64,000 nt of DNA. It comes from a virus. Location: the IMG/VR virus record IMGVR_UViG_3300042520_001767, positions 1-64,000 of that record. One strand, 5' to 3'. Positions 18,429 through 26,575 of this stretch are shown piece by piece. Each line of letters opens with the position of its first letter. The stretch's first letter is position 1. The notes beneath the pieces are model-generated. The model did not search any database, was not told where the DNA came from, and saw only the letters and a program-made list of their open reading frames with translations. Made by a program: the position numbers and the translations under genes.

Positions 18429-20942
18429 TTATTCTTCTATTTTTGGAACTGACAAGGCATTTAATACAGCATTTCTTTGTTTAGCCGCCTCTAACACAGA
18501 ATTAACTCTTTGTTGTTCATTAACACCTTTAGATTGTTTATGTTCGCTATGTGTTCTTGCACCAGTACTCTGTCCCATATCAATTTGAATTGATGCATTA
18601 TCAAATTTTATATCTTCGAAAATAAGTCCAGACTTACCAAAACGAGATTTAAGAATTGCCATTGTTGCTGTTCCAGCTTCTTTTTGGTCAAGTGTTTTTG
18701 CTATTGATACAACGAAGTGCGCAATTTGTGCTTTCTTGATAGAACCACCCATTTGGTCGGCCTCTACAACATCAGCTTTAATCGAACTTCTATTACCTTG
18801 AATCGCTGTCCAACCAGCTAAATCTAACTCTGATAACATTGTTTCAAATTGTCGCATAACACTACCTTCACCTATATTAACATCATCAAACTTTTTTGAT
18901 GGTTCAACACAATCAATATAATCTAAAATTAAAATATCTGGTCTCCATCCTTGTGCAATTAACTTTCTAATATATTGTCTAATAACTGGAATAGTTGTAC
19001 CATCACTCGAAAACTTTTTAAGTTTTAATTGACCTTTACCTTTTATCATTTCATTTGACATATTAATAAGTTCGTCTTTATGTAACGATAAACTATTCAA
19101 ATCATAACCAGACCAACATGATAAATGTTTTCTTTGTATTACTTTTGGGTTATCTTCAAAAAATATTTGTAAAACTTTATAACCGTCAAGCATAGCAGTA
19201 TTGGCTATCTTTGTCATCATTGTAGTATTATGTGTAACAATAAAATCATCGGTAACAAATAAATGTTCATCATTATCAACCATTATACACGTAGCTTCTT
19301 CATCATGTGAATATTCTATTGATTTTATAAATTTATTGTTATTATATTTAACTCTATTAATTACTCTATCATTTTTTCTACTTAATTTGAATGGAATTAT
19401 ATTATTATTTTCTGGAAAAGATATTGTTAATTTATAAGCTTTTTTCCCAGTTTTTTTAACACCTTTATAAATATAGGTTGGTGATTTACTAGATAATTTA
19501 CAAAAACCACCCAATGATAAAACTAACCATCTAACATTTTCAATTAATTCTTTTGAGGTACTAACATATTCAACACCACCATTTTTTCTAACATTACCAT
19601 CGGTATCTAACAATCCTCTAAGTAATTCAATTCTGTTTTCTATTGAGTTAAATAAATAATCTGTAGGTATAAATTTAGTATCAGATTTTTTATCATATAA
19701 ACCCAAAGATTTTAGTTTATCAGTAATCCCATAAATACAAACATCAAATAAACACTCTTGAATTAAAACATCACCTTTATCAATATCTCTACATCTTTCT
19801 TTAATTGAGACATTTACTGAATTAGTTCGACTAATTTCATCAACTATTTCAATATCTTTAGTTGTAAATCTAGATGATTTCATATAGCCATCACCTAACA
19901 TAACACCTAAAACATATGGATTTATTGGTAATTCTTTTTCATTAAACTCAACTGGTTCTACCATTGGTATCTTATAATTTAAAGATTTTTTAGAACCAAA
20001 AGTTAAATTATCTATTAAATCTAAAGTTTTAACCACTTTAAATGAATTATCTGATTCTAATTTAATTCTTTTCCCATCTTTCCATGATGAACGATTTCGT
20101 TGGTTTATGCTATTAACTGACCATAAATGTTCTTCATCACAAAAAGTAAAAGTATCATCATTAAAACTAATTTTAAAAATTGGTCTATTACCTTGTGGGT
20201 AAACACCAATAACGTTAGTTTCTTTACCATTTCTACCAAATACTTTATCATTAACTTTAATATCACCCATTAATTTGTAACCTTCAGGTGTATAAATTTT
20301 ATTTGAATTTGGCAACGCTTTACCCACTCCAAATGGAGCCAATATAGTAGCTAACTCTGTTTTGGATAGACCACCATCCATTACGTCATCTAAACCTTTT
20401 ATTCCAGTTCTAATAGGTTTTCTGAAGTCTTCATCTAATACAGTATCTAGATTATCAAAAACATCCATCCCATCATCTTTATTATCACCATGTTCTAAAG
20501 CTTTTCTTAAAATAGCTTCACATTGGTCATAATCATCAATATTACCTTTATTTATTATTTTTGTAATCTCACTTACCGATTTCTTTAATTCTTGTTGTTT
20601 ACAAAATTTCATAGCGATATCTTGAACTTTCAGTGTGTCATTCAAGTCGGCTTCTTGAATTTTACGAAGTTGGCTGATGACATACTTTCGTTGCATATCA
20701 TCAGTTACATCCTCTAATAATCTAAATTCAAGACTTCCGACATCTGGTATTATATCGTCTTTTATTTTAGCATCTTTTATTGTAGCGGCAACAACTCTTA
20801 AATAAGGGTCTTCAAAATAATTTGGATTAACAATATCTATTATTGAGTTAGCAAATTTTCTATCAGTTAGAATTTGAGCTATTAATCTTAATTGGTAATC
20901 GTAACCAAGGTAACCTAAACTATTTTTATCTATTTTTGACAT
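18429..20942 (-). CDS. dnaB: Replicative DNA helicase (DnaB / T4 gp41-like) containing an intein, 837 aa precursor
   Basis: TGIKGLDDVMDGG, Walker A APFGVGK^TT split by the intein, Walker B ILDYID, QGNR and KSRFG. Confidence 0.92.
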   Translation of the reverse strand: MSKIDKNSLGYLGYDYQLRLIAQILTDRKFANSIIDIVNPNYFEDPYLRVVAATIKDAKIKDDIIPDVGSLEFRLLEDVTDDMQRKYVISQLRKIQEADLNDTLKVQDIAMKFCKQQELKKSVSEITKIINKGNIDDYDQCEAILRKALEHGDNKDDGMDVFDNLDTVLDEDFRKPIRTGIKGLDDVMDGGLSKTELATILAPFGVGKALPNSNKIYTPEGYKLMGDIKVNDKVFGRNGKETNVIGVYPQGNRPIFKISFNDDTFTFCDEEHLWSVNSINQRNRSSWKDGKRIKLESDNSFKVVKTLDLIDNLTFGSKKSLNYKIPMVEPVEFNEKELPINPYVLGVMLGDGYMKSSRFTTKDIEIVDEISRTNSVNVSIKERCRDIDKGDVLIQECLFDVCIYGITDKLKSLGLYDKKSDTKFIPTDYLFNSIENRIELLRGLLDTDGNVRKNGGVEYVSTSKELIENVRWLVLSLGGFCKLSSKSPTYIYKGVKKTGKKAYKLTISFPENNNIIPFKLSRKNDRVINRVKYNNNKFIKSIEYSHDEEATCIMVDNDEHLFVTDDFIVTHNTTMMTKIANTAMLDGYKVLQIFFEDNPKVIQRKHLSCWSGYDLNSLSLHKDELINMSNEMIKGKGQLKLKKFSSDGTTIPVIRQYIRKLIAQGWRPDILILDYIDCVEPSKKFDDVNIGEGSVMRQFETMLSELDLAGWTAIQGNRSSIKADVVEADQMGGSIKKAQIAHFVVSIAKTLDQKEAGTATMAILKSRFGKSGLIFEDIKFDNASIQIDMGQSTGARTHSEHKQSKGVNEQQRVNSVLEAAKQRNAVLNALSVPKIEE
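19227..20318 (-). mobile_element. Intein, 364 aa, with LAGLIDADG endonuclease, Ala1 and class 3 (WCT) signature
   Basis: Begins ALPNSNKIYTPEG. Block B CDEEHLW, LAGLIDADG motifs LGVMLGDG and LRGLLDTDG, block F ATCIMV, and ends VTHN followed by +1 Thr. Confidence 0.9.
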
Positions 20943-20966
20943 CCTAATTTTTTTTTATTTTTGTTA

Positions 20967-20990
20967 TTATAAATATTAATATATTTATAA
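20967..20990. promoter_or_regulatory. Perfect inverted repeat TTATAAATAT-TAAT-ATATTTATAA carrying the late motif on both strands
   Basis: 10-bp arms read directly from the sequence, between the dnaB start and the upstream gene stop. Confidence 0.4.
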
Positions 20991-20991
20991 T

Positions 20992-21510
20992 TTAAACATT
21001 AACAATTGTATATTTTTTTTGACTCAAATAGTGTCTAATCTCAGCAATAATAGATGGAATTACTTTTCTAACGTCTACATCATACCTTACTTTTGGTGGG
21101 AAATAATTACCACAAAATTGGGTTTTAACAACAGTAACTTTATCAACTTTAATTTCAAATTGAAAATTATCTATTTTATCAAAAATTGATTTATTAGTTT
21201 CGTCATCTTCTTTTTTAATGAAATATGGATTATAACTATCCCATAAATAATCTTTTGTTTTGTCTTGTAAATATCTAGGTATAATACCTAATTCACCATA
21301 TTGTCCGTTATTTACACCAGCAATATTGTCAACTAATTCTTTAAGTTCTAAAGATTTTAATGAATCTTCATTATAGTCTCTAATATTAAAATATCTTTGA
21401 CAAATAAAATTATCATTAATGTAAAAAATAAATTCAAATCTTTGTTCCTCAAATCTTTGTTCTTCATTTCGCTTAAAACCGTTAAAGTTTTTTGTAGTTT
21501 CCATACTCAT
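20992..21510 (-). CDS. Hypothetical protein, 172 aa
   Basis: ORF in the replication operon between the exonuclease and the helicase. Confidence 0.65.
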   Translation of the reverse strand: MSMETTKNFNGFKRNEEQRFEEQRFEFIFYINDNFICQRYFNIRDYNEDSLKSLELKELVDNIAGVNNGQYGELGIIPRYLQDKTKDYLWDSYNPYFIKKEDDETNKSIFDKIDNFQFEIKVDKVTVVKTQFCGNYFPPKVRYDVDVRKVIPSIIAEIRHYLSQKKYTIVNV

Positions 21511-21529
21511 TTTTTTCTGTTTTTAAATG

Positions 21530-22588
21530 TTAAAAAATTAATTTTTCTCTTTCTATAAGTTTTTTAAAAGGTATAAGGTATTCTGGGTATCTTATATCAC
21601 CTATTGTTTTATCTAATCCATCCCTTTCCATATACATAAGAACATTTTTTAGGTCTCTACCTGATGCATCAAGTGTACCGTTAATTAATTGTTCTAAATC
21701 ACTAATACCATCTTCTGTTAACATTGGTTTTTTAAGGTTTACTAATAATTCATTTATTTCGTAAATTCTAGTTCCTTGAACACCATCTGTTATTGAATTG
21801 ATAATGTTGTCTAATACTTTTAGAGGTTTTTGTTTACTGCTTAATCTTGTTTCTTGTTGCTTTTTAGCTTCATCTATGATATCGTTTAAAGTTAATTTTC
21901 TTTCTTTTAAAACTGGGAAAAGATTTGTTAGCGTTTTCTCTTTTAACCCTTTGATTCCTTTTATAGAATCACTATCATCACCAATTATTGTTTTAACCAA
22001 CGCAGCATTTTGGTAACTGTAGCAAAAGTACGAAGAAAAATTTGTTTTGTCAACATAATTCTTAATTGATTTATCACAAAAATAAATTCTTACATCATCA
22101 TCAATTAATTGAGACATATCTCTATCGTTTGTACATATAGTTATCTTCTCGTTTTTCTTTCTAGTAAGACAATAGTAAGCTATAAAATCATCACCTTCGA
22201 TTATTTCATGTTTTAATTGTCTTATATACATTTCGTTTAAGTATTCCCAAACTATTTCACGTTGGGTTAATTCAGATTCATCTATTGGTTGAGTACCGTT
22301 TATAAAATCTTTACCCCTACCACTTTTATATGGTTCATATATATTATATCTAAGTAGTCCACTATAATTACCATCCCAAAAAACATATACCCTATGATAT
22401 AGTTCTTGGGATAGTAACATTCTTAGTGTTGTTATGAACTGATATATACCACCGATATGGTGACCATTCTGATTATATTGGTTTTTAGCACCGAAAAAAC
22501 CAGTCTTAAATAAAGCATTTCCGTCTACCAATAATGTATTTTGTATTTTTTCTACAATTTCACCGTTTCTAGGTGGTCTTTTGTTCAT
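21530..22588 (-). CDS. 5'-3' exonuclease / flap endonuclease (T4 RNase H-like), 352 aa
   Basis: LLVDGNAL, VFWDG, EGDDFIA, NDRDM and the H3TH motif GDDSDSIKGIKGLKEKT. Confidence 0.88.
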   Translation of the reverse strand: MNKRPPRNGEIVEKIQNTLLVDGNALFKTGFFGAKNQYNQNGHHIGGIYQFITTLRMLLSQELYHRVYVFWDGNYSGLLRYNIYEPYKSGRGKDFINGTQPIDESELTQREIVWEYLNEMYIRQLKHEIIEGDDFIAYYCLTRKKNEKITICTNDRDMSQLIDDDVRIYFCDKSIKNYVDKTNFSSYFCYSYQNAALVKTIIGDDSDSIKGIKGLKEKTLTNLFPVLKERKLTLNDIIDEAKKQQETRLSSKQKPLKVLDNIINSITDGVQGTRIYEINELLVNLKKPMLTEDGISDLEQLINGTLDASGRDLKNVLMYMERDGLDKTIGDIRYPEYLIPFKKLIEREKLIF

Positions 22589-22609
22589 AATAGAACTTTT
22601 AAAGGGTTA

Positions 22610-23722
22610 TTAATCTTTTTCGTATGCGTCAGAATCGAAATCATGTTCTTTAACCGCAAAGTCTTCGAAGTTTGTACCTAATTTTTTGTTAATGAAATCT
22701 TTTTGTTCTTTAACGTAGTCATTTTTTTCAGTTGGGTTAACAAAACCATGCGGTGTTGAACAAATAGAACCCATTCTTTCAATACCGTTTACGTGATTTT
22801 TAACACACTTGATATCTGTCATTACACCGAATTGGTATGATTTACCACCCATTACTGCATCTAATTTCTTAGCTGAAGAGGTTGACATACCACCCATGTG
22901 GAAAATAAGTCTAACACCGTATTTAAAACCCTCACCACCATTATGCATTACTGTTGGTTGTCCTACAGCATTTGGTCTTAACCAAATTTTTTGAACTGCA
23001 ACAAATGTATTAATAAATGGAGCTTTTTCTCTTCTTGATGCTGGAATTCTAAAATTTAAAATAGATTCGAAAGCTCTTTTAAGTGCCCCAGCTGTCCATT
23101 GGTTATTATTTGTATTAGATACCGCACCTTCGTAACAACCAATTGAACCTATTGAATCCCATACAAAAGTAATATTTCTATCAAATTCACCTTTATCTTG
23201 TTTATCCATAATTTCATTCATTGCACGTGCAATATCTTCAACAACTGGGATAAATCTTTGTGGTGATTGGGTCATTTTACCAGATTTATAATCGAAATTT
23301 TGGTACAATTCAACTAAATCACTACCACCAAAATACATGAAATCATCACCATCATAATCAACAATTTCACCAGTTTCTTCATCTGCAACTTCATTAAAAT
23401 TAAAACCAACTAATTTAGCATGTTCCCAATTAAAACTACCTTCAGTATCGAAAATAACAACATAATCACCTAATTTTTGTGCACCAGCAATTGTTTCATA
23501 AATACCTGTTGATTTACCGACATCGGAGAAACCCCTAAATTGTGTTGTATAACCACGTGGTACGCCTGGTAATCCTACTGCATCATGGAAAGCTTTTTTA
23601 AATGGAATCCATGCTAATTCTTTTTCTTTAACTGTTTGTTCACCTAAACCTAAACTAGTTTTAAAACTTTTGTTATCAAATGGTTTTTTTTCAATTGTCT
23701 TTTTCTGTGGTTTTGTAGCCAT
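22610..23722 (-). CDS. uvsX: RecA/UvsX-like recombinase, 370 aa
   Basis: GVPRG, Walker A GFSDVGKST, FDTEG, Walker B VWDSIG and GGEGFKY. Confidence 0.85.
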   Translation of the reverse strand: MATKPQKKTIEKKPFDNKSFKTSLGLGEQTVKEKELAWIPFKKAFHDAVGLPGVPRGYTTQFRGFSDVGKSTGIYETIAGAQKLGDYVVIFDTEGSFNWEHAKLVGFNFNEVADEETGEIVDYDGDDFMYFGGSDLVELYQNFDYKSGKMTQSPQRFIPVVEDIARAMNEIMDKQDKGEFDRNITFVWDSIGSIGCYEGAVSNTNNNQWTAGALKRAFESILNFRIPASRREKAPFINTFVAVQKIWLRPNAVGQPTVMHNGGEGFKYGVRLIFHMGGMSTSSAKKLDAVMGGKSYQFGVMTDIKCVKNHVNGIERMGSICSTPHGFVNPTEKNDYVKEQKDFINKKLGTNFEDFAVKEHDFDSDAYEKD

Positions 23723-23764
23723 TTTATTTATTTTTATTTATTTATTAATCGTTATTATTTTAGG

Positions 23765-23798
23765 AAAAAAAAAGAGTAATCACTTACTCTTTTTTTTT
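23765..23798 (-). terminator. Rho-independent terminator between ssb and recombinase genes
   Basis: A-tract/GAGTAA-TCAC-TTACTC/T-tract inverted repeat. Confidence 0.75.
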
Positions 23799-23808
23799 AT
23801 TTACCATT

Positions 23809-24714
23809 TTAAAATGGCAAGTCGTCTTCTTCATCTTCTTCCATTTTTACTGAAGTTTCTGTTTCTTTAGGTGAAGTTACTGTTGTAGCTTGTAGATTGG
23901 CTTTAACATTATCAATACCTAATGTAATTTCTTCTTCATTAGTAGATGTGTTTTTTAAGGCTTCTTTATCAACGAATTTTTTCTCGTCTTTATCCCATAC
24001 TGGGATTCCACCTTTAACGATTATTTCTAAATAATCATAACTTCTAACTGAATAAACATCCTCCCATGTTCTAGTGTCATTTAACCATTTTTCAGCTTTT
24101 TCAGCATCATCGGTTAATGGTGTTGCATCTTGTGCAGCGATAGAAGTTACAACTGGGATTTTGTTTCGGTTTCTTTGAATAGAAATAGCTAAATCACGTC
24201 CAGATTCTACGTTTGTGATATCTTTGTTTGTTTTTAAAGTAGTTAATAAACCATGAATTTTATCAAAAATACCTTCTTTTCTGTAATCATGATTGAATCT
24301 CCAAAATTTAACACCCCAATCTTCGTTTTCTCTGTCGATAACTTTAACAACATACATTTTACGAGCGTTATATTTTTTAGCTAATTCTTTATCAGAATCT
24401 TTACCAGTGGCTAATAATTCTTCACGAGCTTCGCAGAATGGACATGCTTCGCCTTTTTGGTGTTTTAAACATGCAAAAGTTTTCCATTCACCTTCAACTT
24501 GAACTTTATGTCCATGAACTTCAACAAATGGTGAACCATCTTTGGATGGTAAAATTCTAATTTCTTTAGTTGCTGATTCAATACCGTCTTTAATAAAAGT
24601 ATTAAAATAGTTTTTTAAATCATACACTTTTTCATTTTTCTTTTCGTACTTAGGAGCGTTATTCTTTGCGTACTGTTCTAGCATTGAATCCAATGCACTT
24701 TTTTCGTTACTCAT
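23809..24714 (-). CDS. Single-stranded DNA-binding protein (T4 gp32-like), 301 aa
   Basis: EIRILP...EVHGH...FACLK...ACPFCE Zn-ligand pattern and an acidic tail ending EDDLPF. Confidence 0.85.
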   Translation of the reverse strand: MSNEKSALDSMLEQYAKNNAPKYEKKNEKVYDLKNYFNTFIKDGIESATKEIRILPSKDGSPFVEVHGHKVQVEGEWKTFACLKHQKGEACPFCEAREELLATGKDSDKELAKKYNARKMYVVKVIDRENEDWGVKFWRFNHDYRKEGIFDKIHGLLTTLKTNKDITNVESGRDLAISIQRNRNKIPVVTSIAAQDATPLTDDAEKAEKWLNDTRTWEDVYSVRSYDYLEIIVKGGIPVWDKDEKKFVDKEALKNTSTNEEEITLGIDNVKANLQATTVTSPKETETSVKMEEDEEDDLPF

Positions 24715-24760
24715 CTTTTTTTAATTTATATTTATGTTATTACTTACACATTTATTATTA

Positions 24761-24791
24761 CAAATATACTATACAATATTATAAAAGTCAA
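24761..24791 (-). promoter_or_regulatory. Host-type (early/middle) promoter upstream of ssb
   Basis: TTGACT-N17-TATATTTG on the minus strand, containing the Bacteroidota TAnnTTTG element. Confidence 0.6.
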
Positions 24792-24875
24792 TTTATTTAT
24801 AATGTATTTAGTAAAAAATATTTATTCAAATCTACACTAACTTTTTTATTAACACAATAAAAAAATTTATTTTAT

Positions 24876-25622
24876 TTAAATATCTTCTTCTTCGTAATCA
24901 TTTTCATCTTCTGGTCTCACACCGAAGCTTTTTTTAATTTCTGGTTCGCTATAAGTCGTGTCTATTTCATCTTGAGTCAAGGTGAATTCGTCTTTTTCTT
25001 TATTCATCACATCATAAGAACCTTCTTTATCAGCCCAATAGTCAGTTAATTTTTGTGAGTAAGGGAAAGAACTTAAAGAACGCATCTCTAATTTTTCAAC
25101 TGGTGTTGGGTTTCTTTTAACTATTTCTTTCTCTAAATTTTCTATCTTAGAACTAACAGCATCCATACTAGCGATACGTGATTCTAAATCAGATAATTTT
25201 TGTAAAAGGATTTCTGTATTTTGTGTTGCTTTATCAGCGGACATTTTTGCTTCTTCTGAACCTTGTACTAAAGACGTTACGTCAATTTCAACATCATCTG
25301 ATGTATCTTCAACTGGTTCTTCAATTTCTGGTTCTTCAACTGGTACTTCGGTTTCTGGTTCTTCGACTGGTGCTTGAGATTCTGGTGCTTCATCTTGTGC
25401 TGTGTCAACACCTAAATCACTAGCTACATCAGCTGCTGCTGCTTCGACATCTTCATCTTCTTCTAATTCCATTTCATCACCTAATATAATTGGTTTATCA
25501 ATTTCATCACCATATACTGGTTGTTCTTGTTTTTCAGAATAGAATTGATAGTTTTCTAATAACTTAAATCTATTAAGTTCTTCTTTAAGTAATTCTGGGT
25601 TGAATTTTGTTTTATTTCTCAT
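24876..25622 (-). CDS. Highly acidic coiled-coil protein, possible prohead core/scaffold or internal head protein, 248 aa
   Basis: E/D/P-rich repeats (EEPETEVPVEEPEIEEPVED), a heptad-like segment and N-terminal LKE/LLE sites. Confidence 0.45.
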   Translation of the reverse strand: MRNKTKFNPELLKEELNRFKLLENYQFYSEKQEQPVYGDEIDKPIILGDEMELEEDEDVEAAAADVASDLGVDTAQDEAPESQAPVEEPETEVPVEEPEIEEPVEDTSDDVEIDVTSLVQGSEEAKMSADKATQNTEILLQKLSDLESRIASMDAVSSKIENLEKEIVKRNPTPVEKLEMRSLSSFPYSQKLTDYWADKEGSYDVMNKEKDEFTLTQDEIDTTYSEPEIKKSFGVRPEDENDYEEEDI

Positions 25623-25628
25623 TTAATA

Positions 25629-25835
25629 TTAGAATAATAATTGTCTACCATCTTCGGTGATTATTTTTTTGTTAATTCGTTCAATTAGGCTTTTATCACC
25701 CTTGATAACACAAACACCAGAACTACAATCTAAATCTGGGTTTTGAGATTCAGTGTTTAAATAACCATCTAAAGCTTTATCTAAACCATTTTGATTTGGT
25801 TGAGGTTGTTTTGGAGTATTTTTAATATCTTTCAT
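25629..25835 (-). CDS. Hypothetical protein, 68 aa
   Basis: Small ORF with its own upstream ATATTTAT motif (25870-25877) and an A-rich leader. Confidence 0.55.
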   Translation of the reverse strand: MKDIKNTPKQPQPNQNGLDKALDGYLNTESQNPDLDCSSGVCVIKGDKSLIERINKKIITEDGRQLLF

Positions 25836-25893
25836 AATAATATTTTTTTTTTATTTTTTATTCTTATATATAAATATCTGTAAAAAATAAAAA

Positions 25894-25923
25894 AAACCTT
25901 CTTATAATTAATTAAGAAGGTTT
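25894..25923 (-). terminator. Rho-independent terminator
   Basis: AAACCTTCTTA-N8-TAAGAAGGTTT inverted repeat with adjacent tracts. Confidence 0.65.
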
Positions 25924-25954
25924 AATTTTTTAATCTATATATAGATTATTTTTT

Positions 25955-26548
25955 TTAATTTCTAATTGAATATGAAAAAGGTAAATATTTAATTTCATAT
26001 CCTAAGTTGTTAAGATGATTTTTATATTCCGTTATTATGTTTTTTTCATGCAAAAATACTGAACTAATTTTTTTAATTTTGTTTATTAATTTAATTTTAT
26101 CGTAACCAATATAACTCATTAATTTTAAATCAACACCAAAAATAAAATTTTCACCATATATGTATACCATATCACCGTTTAAAAATGTAATTAATTTTTC
26201 AATAGAATATAATTTCCTAACTATCTTATATAAACTTTTTGAATTATATTGTAAAGGGTCTATAAAAACATATTTAATATTTTTTGTTAAATCATTATAT
26301 ACTTTATTTATAAACCAATTTAAATCTTCAGCGTGTTTATCTCTTCTTTCTGTCTTTTTAACCGTCCAATATAAATTTGGTTCAAGTTCAATATCTAATA
26401 TATTAAAATCTGGGTAGTGTTTATTAACGTAATCAAAACCAATAATTAATGTAGGAAGTCCATTGATTATTTCATCAATAGACTTCACAACATTAAATTC
26501 TTCTGAAACACTTATGTTATTATTCGAAACTATATTTGCAATTTTCAT
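25955..26548 (-). CDS. Hypothetical protein, 197 aa
   Basis: ORF preceded immediately by TACGTTTG(CA). Confidence 0.65.
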   Translation of the reverse strand: MKIANIVSNNNISVSEEFNVVKSIDEIINGLPTLIIGFDYVNKHYPDFNILDIELEPNLYWTVKKTERRDKHAEDLNWFINKVYNDLTKNIKYVFIDPLQYNSKSLYKIVRKLYSIEKLITFLNGDMVYIYGENFIFGVDLKLMSYIGYDKIKLINKIKKISSVFLHEKNIITEYKNHLNNLGYEIKYLPFSYSIRN

Positions 26549-26552
26549 ATTG

Positions 26553-26560
26553 CAAACGTA
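26553..26560 (-). promoter_or_regulatory. Bacteroidota-type -7 element TACGTTTG
   Basis: TAnnTTTG followed by CA, 4 nt before the ATG at 26548. Confidence 0.5.
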
Positions 26561-26575
26561 CTAATTAAAAATTAA

